NCBI GenBank assembly: GCA_965223905.1
Contig: CBDCXV010000010.1
Coordinates: 544,001 to 608,000, forward strand
DNA from: Candidatus Latescibacterota bacterium
GTDB lineage: Bacteria > Latescibacterota > UBA2968 > UBA8231
Length of the DNA: 64,000 nucleotides
Direction of reading: 5' to 3'
The notes under the pieces: model-generated
Seen by the model: the letters and a program-made list of their open reading frames with translations, nothing else
Told to the model about the DNA's origin: nothing
Database searches by the model: none
Program-made: the position numbers and the translations under genes
Shown here: piece after piece, positions 20,291-30,999 of the stretch
Position numbering within the stretch: position 1 is the first letter of the stretch
Layout of the letters: every line of letters starts with the position of its first letter

Positions 20291-21499
20291 TTATCTCCCT
20301 TCCACCTCTTCGGGGCTCCTGCCCACGATCTCGCGGTACACCTCCGGGTCGGTAGCCCCTTCGGTCGCCACCACCACCACGCGGCTGTCGGAGTCCAACC
20401 CCAGCTGCTCGCGCAGGCGGGGATCGCTCGAGGCGGCGAGGAACCCGGCCCAACCCGCGCTCCCGGTGTCGCCGAGCACGACCCCGGGGTCCCCGCCCGC
20501 CCCTTCAGCGGCCTGGCGCATGGCGTCGGTCGCGGCCCGGTCCTCCACCGTCATGAAGGCGAAGGCCCCTGCCCCCAGGATCGTCCAGGCGTTGGCGCAG
20601 GCCTTGCCGACGACCAGTCCGTCCATGACCGTGCTCGCGTCGCCCCCCACTTCCGCGGCCCTTCCGGCGAGGGCGCTCTCGCGCAGGCAGGCCGAGTCCT
20701 CCGGCTCGACCGTGACCACCCGCGGATGCGCCGCCCCGTAGCGCTCCCACAGGCGCGCACAGATTGCCGAGGCGAGCTTGCCGCTGCCCCCCGGCACGAA
20801 GAGATGCGTCGGGGTTTCCGGCGGTTGCAGCTGCGAGGCGATCTCCTCCCCGACCAGGGCGTACCCCTGGATGATCCGCAGCGGCACCTCGGGATAGCGC
20901 CGCTGCCGGTCGCAGATGACGAAGTAGCCGTTCTCCTCGGCATCCTCGAACGAGCGCTGCACCGCCCGGTCGAAGGAGCCGGGGACGCGCACCACCTCGG
21001 CTCCGAAGGACGCGATCACCGCCTCCCTTCCCGGGCTCACCTTGTCGTTCATGTAGATGATGCAGCGGCAGCCGAACATGCGCGCGCCCCAAGCCAGGGC
21101 GCGGCCGTGGTTGCCCGAGGTGGCGGCGCAGACCGTGACCCCGGCGGCGGCCGCGGCGAACCTCCCGTCGAGCAGGTCCTCCGTCGCCGCGTGCCGGACG
21201 CCGGCGGCCTTCTCGATCTCGCCGCGCAGGACGGTCAGCATGGCGTAGGTCGGTCCGGTGGGCTTGAAGCTGCCGATGTCGAAACGCGGCCCCTCGTGCT
21301 TGCACCACAACCGGGCAATCCCCGCGGCCGCGGCGCGGCCGTCGAGCCGTACCAGGGGGGTCGGCTCGTACCCGGGCCACGAGCCCACCTCTTCCCTGAC
21401 CGCAGCCATCGTCTCCGAGTCGAGCAGCGCCTGCTGCTCCGGTCCGTAGGGGGCTCCCGGGCGGAAGTTCCGGTTGAGGACGAGATCGGTTCGGTACAT
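20291..21499 (-). CDS. Diaminopropionate ammonia-lyase-like PLP enzyme
   Basis: YEPTPL, GSFK, ATSGNHGRALAWGA, TEGATDPEVY; real start at MYRTDL within the longer 810-aa ORF. Confidence 0.85.
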   Translation of the reverse strand: MYRTDLVLNRNFRPGAPYGPEQQALLDSETMAAVREEVGSWPGYEPTPLVRLDGRAAAAGIARLWCKHEGPRFDIGSFKPTGPTYAMLTVLRGEIEKAAGVRHAATEDLLDGRFAAAAAGVTVCAATSGNHGRALAWGARMFGCRCIIYMNDKVSPGREAVIASFGAEVVRVPGSFDRAVQRSFEDAEENGYFVICDRQRRYPEVPLRIIQGYALVGEEIASQLQPPETPTHLFVPGGSGKLASAICARLWERYGAAHPRVVTVEPEDSACLRESALAGRAAEVGGDASTVMDGLVVGKACANAWTILGAGAFAFMTVEDRAATDAMRQAAEGAGGDPGVVLGDTGSAGWAGFLAASSDPRLREQLGLDSDSRVVVVATEGATDPEVYREIVGRSPEEVEGR

Positions 21500-21589
21500 G
21501 TTCGCTCTCCGTTCACGCGAATGCGGGGGTAAGCTATCTTGGCCGGCCGGCGCCGGCAGGAGCCCATAATCGAAACAACGGAGACCGCG

Positions 21590-23221
21590 ATGACCAGACT
21601 TCCGCGCCTGATCTTCAACACCGACGGCAACTGGATGCTCTTCTACCTGCCGGACCGCAACCCCGGCGACGTCACCCACCAGCTCGAAGCCCTGGTCCCG
21701 GCCGGCGTCGACGCCCTCGCCGGACTCATCGGCATCGACGACGACGTCGTCTGGCGCGGCAGTCCGCACTCGGCCATGTGGGGAGACGACACCGAGGTCT
21801 GGGACCCCGACCCCGACGTCGACGCCGACGGCAACCCGGTGCGCAAGATGACTGCCGGCGGCTTCGAGCTCAGCCGCCTCGAGCAGCTCTACAACTGCAT
21901 GGACGCCGTCATCGCCGACGGCCGCGAGCTGATGCAGATCTACATCGACGGCTGCCGCCGGCACGGCATCGCGGCGATCGCCTCGATGCGCATGAACGAC
22001 GCCCACACCTCGGACGAGGCGCGCGAGTGGCAGGTGCGCAGCCGCCACAAGAAGTCGCGGCCCGACCTGCTGATCGGCTCCCCCACCCCGACGCGGGCAG
22101 GAGGCGCCGACCGCTGGAACTTCTGCTGGCAGTGGGACTACGAGCAGGAGGAGGTGCGCGACCGCTTCCTCGGGCTCGTCGACGAGACCCTCGAGCGCTA
22201 CGACTTCGACGGCGTCGAGCTCGACTGGATGCGCGGCCCCCCCTACTTCCGGCCCGGGCGACTGCTCGACAACCTCGACACCCTTACGCGCTTCATGCGC
22301 GAGGCCCACTCCATCGTGCGCGGCCACGGCGAAAGCAAGGGGAAGCCGATCTCCCTGATCGCTCGCGTACCTCCCTGCCTGGCCGAGGCCCGCGCCATCG
22401 GCATCGACGCCCCGGCCTGGATCCGCGAGCCGGTGGCCAACCTCTTCGTTCTCTCCTCTTCCTCCTACTGCCCGGCCGGTTTCGACATCGCCGAGGCGGT
22501 CGCCTGCGCCGGGGAAAGCGGGGTGCCGGTCTACGTCGGCTTCGACGGCGCCACCCACCTGACCTCGCCGCACGAGGGGTACGACCGCGGCGTGCCGGCG
22601 GTCCTGCGGGGAGCGGCCCTGAACGGGTACGAGCAGGGGGCCTCGGGGGTCTACGTCTTCAACTACGACTACCGGCACCACCGCGCCGCCCCCTTCGAGG
22701 AGGAGGAGTACAACGACGACCACCTCGCCCTGCTGACCGACCTGGCCGATCCGCAGCGGCTAGCGAGGCGCGACCGCAGCTATTCCGTGTCGGATTCCGC
22801 CTTGGGCGGGGCCGTCCACTACTCTCCGGGGGACTACTACCCGCAGGTGCCCCGCGACCTGAGCATGACTGCCCGTGCCACCGGCGGCCCCGGGTACGAG
22901 ATGAGCCTTTGTATAGAGGACGACATCGAGGCAGGCCTGGCTGAAGGCCGCATTCGCGGCACCGAGCTACGCCTGCGGCTGACCGATTGCGAAGCCTGCA
23001 TGGAGCGGATCTTCTGCCGTGTCAACGGCCGCGACGTCCCGCTCTACGGAGGCGGCAGGCTGGAGAACCAGTACGGTACCTGGCTGGTCGTGGAGACCCC
23101 CCCGGTCCGCAGCGGGGAGAACCTCGTCCTGGTCGGGCTCGAGGGCCTGCAGACCCCGGACCCGTGGCCGACGCTGCACCAGTGCGAGGTGATGGTCCTG
23201 GGGTGCGACAGCGCCAGGTAG
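21590..23221 (+). CDS. GH10-like (DUF187-type) TIM-barrel glycosyl hydrolase family protein
   Basis: IFNTDG, SMRMNDAH, YDFDGVELDWMR, GVYVFNY. Confidence 0.75.
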   Translation: MTRLPRLIFNTDGNWMLFYLPDRNPGDVTHQLEALVPAGVDALAGLIGIDDDVVWRGSPHSAMWGDDTEVWDPDPDVDADGNPVRKMTAGGFELSRLEQLYNCMDAVIADGRELMQIYIDGCRRHGIAAIASMRMNDAHTSDEAREWQVRSRHKKSRPDLLIGSPTPTRAGGADRWNFCWQWDYEQEEVRDRFLGLVDETLERYDFDGVELDWMRGPPYFRPGRLLDNLDTLTRFMREAHSIVRGHGESKGKPISLIARVPPCLAEARAIGIDAPAWIREPVANLFVLSSSSYCPAGFDIAEAVACAGESGVPVYVGFDGATHLTSPHEGYDRGVPAVLRGAALNGYEQGASGVYVFNYDYRHHRAAPFEEEEYNDDHLALLTDLADPQRLARRDRSYSVSDSALGGAVHYSPGDYYPQVPRDLSMTARATGGPGYEMSLCIEDDIEAGLAEGRIRGTELRLRLTDCEACMERIFCRVNGRDVPLYGGGRLENQYGTWLVVETPPVRSGENLVLVGLEGLQTPDPWPTLHQCEVMVLGCDSAR

Positions 23222-23350
23222 GCAGGCGGAAATCGAAAGACTATTCGGAAGTCGAGGACCCGAAACAGGCGGCTCCGGCAATTCCTGTTTGTCGTCCGCG
23301 ATGATCGTCAACAACGATATATTTTGCCAATTGTACCGACAAAGAATAAC

Positions 23351-23380
23351 TTGAGCCTAAGCACTACCATTTGGTATAAT
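23351..23380 (+). promoter_or_regulatory. Sigma70-type promoter with extended -10
   Basis: TTGAGC-N18-TATAAT with TG two bases before the -10, in an AT-rich spacer upstream of the PhyH gene. Confidence 0.6.
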
Positions 23381-23458
23381 GTAAATCCATATATATATAC
23401 CCCGAATTCCCATGTTGCTTTGCTTAAGTCAATAAAATTAATGGAAAAACCACTTGGT

Positions 23459-24628
23459 ATGAAGGTCAACCCACGACAACTCCTGGACGATGGCTTCGTC
23501 ATTTTGCAGCAGGTCATCCCTCCGGAACAGCTGGAGGAACTCCGCGCCGGTTTTGAAGTCCTGGTCGAACGCCAGAAAGCCATCTGGGCAGACGAGGCCG
23601 GGCCCGACGATCCGCCTGGCGGCAGCTGGGAGACCCACCCGCAGCCGCGGCTGGTGTTCAACAACCTCGTCGACGCAGAAACCGCCCACACGATGGAGTT
23701 CTGCTTGCACGAAAACACCCTGGGGATCAGCCGCCAGTTGATGGAAGCGCCGGAGGCGGCGATCACGTCCATGTTCTTCATGTGCAACCCCGTGCGCGAC
23801 CACGGGCCGGCGCAATACAAAAACAAACCACCCAATTTTTTCTCCTGGCACCGCGATATCGACCCCACTCGCGAGGCCCCTTTGTGCGGCTTACAGATGG
23901 ACATGCTGGAAAACGGCCCCGGCACCGTGCAGTGGAATATCCCGCTCTACGACGACGACGTGCTCTGGGTGGTGCCCGGCAGCCATTGCCGCCCCAACAC
24001 CGAGGCGGAAAACCGCCAGCTGATCGAGAATCCGCGCGAGCCCCTGCCGGGCGGCATCCCGGTGGAGTTGAAGGCAGGGGACGGGGTCGTCTATATAAAC
24101 ACTATCCTCCACTGGGGTAGCAATTACAGCCCCCGGCTGCGGCGCACCATTCATCTGGGCTACCGCTCCTTTGGCGGCTCCATTTACCCCTACTGCAACC
24201 ACAACTTCTACTGGGACCCGGGGTTCACCAAACACCTGTCCCCCGAAGCGCGGGCGGCGTTCGAACGCTTCGCCGAACTACACGCCCTTGAGGCCGAAGT
24301 GATTGTCTCCGCCTTCCGCGCCATGCTCGACAAGGATGCGCCGGCCTTCCGCGCCTTTCTCGCCAAGCTGCATCCCGGCGAGAAAGGACGGATGGTGTGC
24401 GTCGTGATGCTGTCACGGCTCAAACAGCCCGACGTCACAGGGAGGTTCTCAGCGGCAGAAGCCGCTATCCTCAGCCAGCGCTTTGCCCCGCTGGATGCCA
24501 GACTTCGGGCCGAGACGGAACAATACATTCCCGGCTTCCAGTCCGGGCCCGAGCCCATACCCTATGTCTTTGAAGAGATGCCGCAAGATTTCGAACTCGA
24601 AGACTTCATAGCCAGCTGGGATGCCTAG
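23459..24628 (+). CDS. PhyH-family Fe(II)/2OG dioxygenase with C-terminal extension
   Basis: DGFVIL, WHRD, WVVPGSH, LKAGDGV...ILHWG, RRT. Confidence 0.85.
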   Translation: MKVNPRQLLDDGFVILQQVIPPEQLEELRAGFEVLVERQKAIWADEAGPDDPPGGSWETHPQPRLVFNNLVDAETAHTMEFCLHENTLGISRQLMEAPEAAITSMFFMCNPVRDHGPAQYKNKPPNFFSWHRDIDPTREAPLCGLQMDMLENGPGTVQWNIPLYDDDVLWVVPGSHCRPNTEAENRQLIENPREPLPGGIPVELKAGDGVVYINTILHWGSNYSPRLRRTIHLGYRSFGGSIYPYCNHNFYWDPGFTKHLSPEARAAFERFAELHALEAEVIVSAFRAMLDKDAPAFRAFLAKLHPGEKGRMVCVVMLSRLKQPDVTGRFSAAEAAILSQRFAPLDARLRAETEQYIPGFQSGPEPIPYVFEEMPQDFELEDFIASWDA

Positions 24629-24846
24629 GATGCATTCCGGCATCCTGCAATGCCGCGATCCGGTGGAATCATGCGACTTTGTTTAAATTCTCAAGCCAAT
24701 CAGAATGGGTTGGTAGCTTTGTCCATCTCCCGGGTGGTCGCAATGGTCACATCAGAGTCGAACTACCGCGATCTCCCCTTTTGAGCGCCGGTTCTACCTG
24801 AAGCCAACGGGTTTCAGGGAGGGCCGGGCAACGAAAGAAAACGCAT

Positions 24847-25185
24847 ATGTCTCTTGAACAGAACGCGCAGGTTGCCCGTGAGGCCATCGAGGCGCCACTG
24901 CGCGAAGACTGGGACCGTTTGCGAGATCTCTATGCCGAGGACGCCGTTATCAGGGGCACGCCAGAACCCGTGCACGGCCCCGACGCGATCGTGGAACTCT
25001 GGCAGGGCTGCCTTTACAAGGAGGTACCCGGACTGCGAGGAGAGATCATGAACATCATTGCCCAGGGCGATATGGTGGCGGTCGAATGGCGGGTCGGTAA
25101 GGATCTGGAAAGCGTTGAAGTGCACATCTGCCAGCTTTGCGACGGGAAGATCATAGCCAATCGGATCTATGGGGGGAGACCGTAA
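24847..25185 (+). CDS. SnoaL/NTF2-like protein
   Basis: LYAEDAV...GPDAI...IIAQGDMVAVEW...DGKI. Confidence 0.8.
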   Translation: MSLEQNAQVAREAIEAPLREDWDRLRDLYAEDAVIRGTPEPVHGPDAIVELWQGCLYKEVPGLRGEIMNIIAQGDMVAVEWRVGKDLESVEVHICQLCDGKIIANRIYGGRP

Positions 25186-25410
25186 TCGCGCAGGTTTGGA
25201 ATTGCGGACCCGCAACGAAAACATCCCCATGCTCCGAGCCCCGGGACCAGGCGGTCGTTGGATAGGGCAGAGCCCTTGGTCCGCGCCTTGCGGACCTTCA
25301 CCGATAAACCGCCTGAATCAAGGCGTTGATCTACCCGTTGGAACAGGCGCGACTGGCCGATTCCCTTGTGAATCGGTTTTCTGGTTCTGGTTTCCCGGAA
25401 GAGGTACACC

Positions 25411-25755
25411 ATGGTCCAAATAGTTAAGGCGCACCAGAGGGGCTTGCAACTACTGGACGCCCCTGGGGCAACCGTGCAGGTATCCGATCCCATCATCGGG
25501 AAGGAGAACAATTTCGCGGCCGGTTTTACCGAGTACATCGAACCCAGCAGACTGGAGTGGACCTTCACCTACGACGAAGTCTTTTTCATGCTGGAAGGCG
25601 CCCTCGAGGTCCACGCCGTCGGCCAGGACCCGGTCGCATTCGAGGTCGGCGACCTGGGTTACATCGAGAAGGGCACCCAGACCACGATCATCGTGCCGGA
25701 ACACGCCTACCTGTTGCACTTCACCCAACCGGCCTGGCGGGATCAACCCGAATAA
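25411..25755 (+). CDS. EutQ-like cupin
   Basis: WTFTYDEVFFMLEG...GDLGYIEKGT. Confidence 0.8.
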   Translation: MVQIVKAHQRGLQLLDAPGATVQVSDPIIGKENNFAAGFTEYIEPSRLEWTFTYDEVFFMLEGALEVHAVGQDPVAFEVGDLGYIEKGTQTTIIVPEHAYLLHFTQPAWRDQPE

Positions 25756-25780
25756 CTCATAGAGGCTTTCCGCACAGCGC

Positions 25781-26833
25781 TCAGTCTTCCTTGAATTCGG
25801 GCATGACGTGTTGCGCGAACATCTTCAGTGATTTGCACACCAGCTCGTGGTCCAGGCCTCCGATCCGAGTCCAGCCCATAAAGTGCTTCGACCCTGTATT
25901 CTCCTGGATCCACTTGAGTTGATCGGTCACGTAATCGGGATCGCCGACAATGGCGTGGTTTTCCAGGATCTCCTCGAATGATATGGATGCAAATCTGCGC
26001 TTCAGGTTCTGATAGATGTCGTCCGGATCCGGCGGGGCGATCTCCGGCGGCGGGGCGATCACTTCCGCCAGCAGGGTCTGAAAATACCACATCAAACTTG
26101 CGCGAGCTTCTTCTCTGGCCTTCCCGGTCGTCGAGGATACGTAGAGGAATCGCGCCAGCGGGAGATCCAATTGCCCGTCGAGCCCGGCCTCCGCGGCCGT
26201 CTTGTGGTAGGCCTTGTAGAGCTCGAATACCTGTTCATAGGGATCTAGAAAGGAGGTGAGCACGTCGTAGCCCTTTTGAATCACCCATTCATAGGTGGAT
26301 GGGCTGACCGCTGCCACGTAGATGGGAGGATGCGGCTCCTGCACCGGCTTGGGGATGACGTTGACCTTGCGGACCTGGTGGAACTTACCCTGGTACTCAA
26401 ATGGTCCGGACCAGGCCTGCAAGATGATCTCCAGCGACTCTCTGAAGCGCTCGCGGCTTTCTTCCGGGTCGATCCCCCAGTTGTAAAACTCCTCGAACTG
26501 ATATCCCCGGCCTATACCAAAGAGCAGCCGGCCTTTCGACATGATATCGACGGTGGCAAAATCCTCGGCGACGATCACCGGGTCGTGGAAAGGCAGCACC
26601 ACCACGGCTGTGCCGATCTTGATCCGCTCGGTAATGGCCGCTGCGTAGGCCGCCACGGTGTGGATGGAGGAGGTGATGGAGTAGTAATTGGCATCTGCAA
26701 CGCGGTGATCAAAATGGTGCTCGGCAAGCCAGAGGGAATCCCAGCCGGTTTCGTCCAAGAGCCGAAATTGCGCGAAGGCCTCGTGGTAGGTTTCGACATG
26801 GTCTTTCCACGGCGGAGTCTCGAGGCAGTGGTA
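25781..26833 (-). pseudogene. LLM-class flavin-dependent oxidoreductase missing its first few codons
   Basis: LWLAEHHF, IKIGTAVVVLP, GIGRGY, PHPPI; the frame opens after a TGA with no start codon before the expected first strand. Confidence 0.75.
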
Positions 26834-27088
26834 TCAAAAATTTTCAATACCCGATATGTTCTATGCAGAAGGTGTTTCCGTGACCCGACACTTAACCCAT
26901 TTGGCGAATCTGCTCCACTCCGTGTATACCACTAATCCTGATACCGTTGCATTCACCTCGCAGGTAACGGATGCGCTGCAGAATTTCCATGATTTCCTGA
27001 CCCGGTAACGGTCGCTTGGAAGCTTTGCCTCTTTGTGTTTCTATTTTCAAAGGGACTGAACGAATCAATACGAGTACAAACAACGGCA

Positions 27089-28096
27089 ATGAAAACACGC
27101 ATACTAGGTAAGACAGGTCTCAACGTCAGTGAACTCGGACTCGGCTCTGCTTTTATGGCAGGTCAAGGGCAGGATGGTGTGAATCGTTGTGTGGATTATG
27201 CGATTGACCACGGCGTGAACTATTTCGACACAGCCGCAAACTACGGGGACGGCAGGGATGAAACGATGCTGGGCGCCGCCTTGAAAGGAAAACGAGACAA
27301 GGTCATCCTTGCTACCAAAGTGGGATTTACAAACCGTGAGCGCTACCGCTTGGAGGGTCATCGCAGCGCCGACCAGCTCATGGAGCAATTCGAGAATTCC
27401 CTCAAGCGACTTCAGACCGATTACGTGGACATCATTCAGATTCACGAAGCGGACTACATGAAATGGTGGACTGACGATATCCCCGATAATGAAGATGCGG
27501 TGGATTGGGGTGCACTCATTGAGGATGACACAGACTACGACTTCTCTAATGCGCCGGCGGTCAAATTCCTCGCAGATGCGAAGCGTAGCGGCAAGGCCCG
27601 TTTTATCGGATTGACGGCGAAGAATGCACGCGTGTTGGCGCGAATTCTGAAAGTGATCAAGGTTGATTCTGTCATGACAGCGCATCAGTTCAACCCGGTT
27701 TTCAGGAATGCTGTTGAATTCCTGTTCCCGACTGCTCAAGACCTACAGGTAGGCGTTGTGATCGGTGCACCATTGATGAAAGGTTGGCTTGCCGTTGCCC
27801 AAAACGCATGGCGGGAGAGTCCTCCCGGTTGGATGGACGAGATTTTCAAGGCGTCCTATTTCAGGTTCCTTGATATTCATGCGGACGCTGATATTCCCAT
27901 GGCAGAACTCTGTATCCGCTGGATGCTTTCAGAGCAAAAGCAACAGTCCATCGTTGTTGGTTTCAGTAATCTCCAAGAAGTCGAATTCAATATGTCTGCT
28001 GCGCTTCGTGGGGTACTCCCGGACGACCTCAACGCTGCGATAGAGGAGGTCGGGATTGTTCATCCTCTCATCTATCAAGGGCGGACACGGATCTGA
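27089..28096 (+). CDS. Aldo/keto reductase
   Basis: MKTRILGKTGLNVSELGLG, YFDTAANYG, LATK, SLKRLQTDYVDIIQIH; AT-richer than its neighbours. Confidence 0.93.
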   Translation: MKTRILGKTGLNVSELGLGSAFMAGQGQDGVNRCVDYAIDHGVNYFDTAANYGDGRDETMLGAALKGKRDKVILATKVGFTNRERYRLEGHRSADQLMEQFENSLKRLQTDYVDIIQIHEADYMKWWTDDIPDNEDAVDWGALIEDDTDYDFSNAPAVKFLADAKRSGKARFIGLTAKNARVLARILKVIKVDSVMTAHQFNPVFRNAVEFLFPTAQDLQVGVVIGAPLMKGWLAVAQNAWRESPPGWMDEIFKASYFRFLDIHADADIPMAELCIRWMLSEQKQQSIVVGFSNLQEVEFNMSAALRGVLPDDLNAAIEEVGIVHPLIYQGRTRI

Positions 28097-28354
28097 AGCC
28101 ACGAATAGAACGAGAAGATTCGCACAGTGTGGCCGGGGCGCATCGAGATCAAGAGCCAGATTGCCGACTACTTGCACTACGAGGCCCTGGTGATCGGGAC
28201 GCTCGCGGTCCCCAACAACATCACCTGCAACCCGAACTCCTTCGCCGCGTGGCCGATGCCGCGGAGCGTGGGAGAAAGGCCCTGCAGTATCCCGAGGACA
28301 TCCAGCTGCACAAGTGACCATGTGACGGTCGCTCGAACCAGTTCGAGGCATAAG

Positions 28355-28415
28355 AACTCCCCCCTCGCGGGAAGGCTGCAACGAGCCTCTTCTCACGAGG
28401 GGGGAGTTTTTTTTT
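28355..28415 (+). terminator. Rho-independent terminator
   Basis: 13-bp perfect outer stem aactcccccctcg/cgaggggggagtt with an inner stem, running into T9. Confidence 0.8.
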
Positions 28416-28459
28416 GGCTAATGAGGCGCAGGCCCGTAACCCTGGCTGGGTTGCTTAAA

Positions 28460-29680
28460 CTATTCGTCGGCGATGCGGAACGAGTAGAGTTCCGCATTCC
28501 TCATCCAGAAGCGCAACTTAACGCACCACGGGACCTCGTTCACCTCTGACCGGCCCTCCCAGGACACCACGTGGTCTACGCTGTCCCCGTTGAAGACATC
28601 ACATTCCCCGCGGGTGAACCCGGGCCAGACGTTGTTCCAGTTATCCATCACCTCGACGGCGACGTAGCCGTCGGTGTTGCACCTGGCGTTGATGATGAGC
28701 TTCGAGCCCTCTGAGTAGATGGGTTTGGTCTCGACGTAGCCCTCCCGCAACCCGGCCTCAAGTGCAACCCACCCGTCCACTCGGATCTTGGCCAGCCCCA
28801 GGTGCGTCCTGGCCTTGGGATGTCGGCTCGTCTCGGGAACGCCGCGCACCTGCGGATGACCGTAGTAGTCGTGGTGCATGGAGGAGCCGCCATAGTAGAT
28901 CCAATGCTCGTCTCCAACTGTCACGAAGGGGCTGGGACACTCGATCATCAGCGAGTCGTAGGTGCCGGGCTCGCCGCGGGGAATCACCGAGCGTCCGGGT
29001 GTCAGGCGCTTCCAGTTCAAGCCGTCGAGGCTGTGGACCAACTCGAAATGCAGGGTGTTGTCCACCTGGTGGAAGACCATCAGGAACCCCAGGTGGTAAT
29101 CGTCCACCCGCCAGGGCGTCAGGCCATAATGGCTCTCCTGGATATCGTCGTCCGGACCGGGCTCGGAGATTATCACCGGGGCCGACCAGTGAATGCAGTC
29201 GTCGCTGACCACCCGCGACACCTTGCGCCTGGGACTGTAGACGCCGTGGGGCTGGTCGGGGGCGTAGGGCAGGAACCAACTGTCAGTGGCGGGATTGGGA
29301 CTATCGGCGACGTGTATGGCGCGGCAGTTCATTACGTACTGCTCATCGATGGGGTCCCAGGTGAGGATTTCCACGTCGCTGCCGTATTCAGTGATGATGG
29401 GGTTGTCCTCGTAGGGAGTCCAGTTAGTTCCGTCGGCCGAGAAAGCCAGCGACAGACCATCGCTGAAGGTCGTCGCCATCGTCGTGCGCTTGGGCACATT
29501 CAGGTTGGGCCTCTCGTAGCAAAAGACGGACTTGAAGCGGCGAGCGGGGTCGGACTCGTTGGGGTCTATCAGAATCGAGGCTGAATGAATGCCCCCCTCC
29601 GGGACTCGCCAGATGATGTTTGTCTTGCGGCCATCCCTGCTTCCGTCTGCATAATCCCCCCTGTCGTTGATCGCCAAAAA
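28460..29680 (-). pseudogene. GH32/43-like five-bladed beta-propeller hydrolase, 5'-truncated
   Basis: DPARRFK; Asp-box-like SADGTNW, SDDCIHW, SLDGLNW; IYYGG; RVDGWV; no native N-terminus. Confidence 0.7.
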
Positions 29681-29689
29681 AACAATCTA

Positions 29690-29802
29690 GCCTCATTGGT
29701 CGTCCGTGCGGGTGCCAATGCCAAATCGCTGGCCGTATCCGCATGCCCATCCCCAATCATCAGCAATGTCAACACAACCACAGCCATTCTTTTCTTTGTC
29801 AT
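29690..29802 (-). pseudogene. Signal peptide plus first residues of a secreted protein (probable third Vps62-like gene), truncated
   Basis: GAAGGA RBS, MTKKRMAVVVLTLLMIGDGHA-DTASDLALA; same position after a partner gene as the other two copies. Confidence 0.45.
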
Positions 29803-29888
29803 TTTTGTTCCTTCGAAAAAAATGCTGATTGTCCAATTTTGACCCGCCCGTCTCCGCATACTGCTTGGGGGTTTCTCCAGGCACACCG

Positions 29889-30872
29889 TTAGAATCGCAG
29901 CGAGGCGACGGCGGACAAATGCCCTCTGGGACTTGGCTTCAGACCCACAGAGAAACGGGCTTCGGGGGGATCGCGAGACCATTCGGACAGGGCTGTTGCT
30001 AAACCGATGGGTCCAAAGATAATGGCACTACTTACAAAAGAACCTATAAAGGGATTTCCGATTATGGGTTCCAATCCGTAGGCCAATCCAATACCTGCAC
30101 CAAGCCCAGTTACACTGCCTATCAGTGAGTATCTGAAGCTGTCGTGTGGATCCAACATGCTGACTCCGGCTGCTACTCCTGCAACATAACCTATAGGCAA
30201 TCCGCCGTATATGGCCGGTCCAATTGCACACCCACCAAAGTCTTCCTCCCCTCCACTACCACAGACAGATGTCCAGCCCAATAAGAAACCGACACCAAAC
30301 CCACCGGCAGCACCCCCGACGCCCCCCAGGAAGCCAACGCCCAACTTGGCAGCTACCCGATCTGCCTGCGTACTGTCTGCGTCCGCTGGTCCCGGCGCTG
30401 GTTCTGCAACGGGCGCCGCCTCGAGCTTCAAATCGATCCGGATACTGTCCTCGACTGCGAATTTTTTGGGAAACGATTCCGCTTTGCTGACAGTCCGTCC
30501 GGTCGTATTCATACCATCTCTGATCGCCAATCGCTGAAAATGCGATCCTACCAAGACCAGCGTTTGAATACGATCGACGGCAATCCGCTTCCTCCGCCCG
30601 TCTCGTCCCAAAGCCCGGGTCAACGTCTCCGAATCAACGGTTTTCGTACTCAGACTCTCCCAATCCCTCGAGACCGGATCCCGTTTCTCCTGTCCATGGA
30701 TGACCACGGTAAAGGCACCCATTTCCACGGTGCTGCTGTCGATCTCCCCGGCTTCTAAAATCACCCCTGCCTGTCGAGCCTCGGCTGTGTCACCAGCTGA
30801 ATCCGCGTACGTAAGGTCGACCATGAGGAGAAGCAAAATAACTGAGATAAGGAATCGAAAAGCTTTGCACAT
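29889..30872 (-). CDS. Exported membrane protein: small N-terminal domain, glycine-rich TM helices, C-terminal RF
   Basis: AGGAG RBS, signal peptide; N-domain resembles 7748-8518 and C-terminus resembles 10078-10333. Confidence 0.7.
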   Translation of the reverse strand: MCKAFRFLISVILLLLMVDLTYADSAGDTAEARQAGVILEAGEIDSSTVEMGAFTVVIHGQEKRDPVSRDWESLSTKTVDSETLTRALGRDGRRKRIAVDRIQTLVLVGSHFQRLAIRDGMNTTGRTVSKAESFPKKFAVEDSIRIDLKLEAAPVAEPAPGPADADSTQADRVAAKLGVGFLGGVGGAAGGFGVGFLLGWTSVCGSGGEEDFGGCAIGPAIYGGLPIGYVAGVAAGVSMLDPHDSFRYSLIGSVTGLGAGIGLAYGLEPIIGNPFIGSFVSSAIIFGPIGLATALSEWSRDPPEARFSVGLKPSPRGHLSAVASLRF

Positions 30873-30999
30873 CTCCATCTCCTGCGCGCCTGAACTCGCC
30901 GTCAGTCCACCTCTTCCGCTATCGGGTCGCCTGGCTCTGGTATCGCTGGTTGCGGCAACAGGCTGGCTTCGTCTTTCTGTTCTGGTCACGGATTTTCTC

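Noticed and set aside
20291-22723. 810-aa minus-strand ORF
   Set aside because: Only the last 402 aa are the PLP enzyme; the N-terminal part is antisense to the GH10-like gene
28120-28353. Coding-like fragment upstream of the terminator
   Set aside because: Frame-broken and no recognisable family, so no product can be supported
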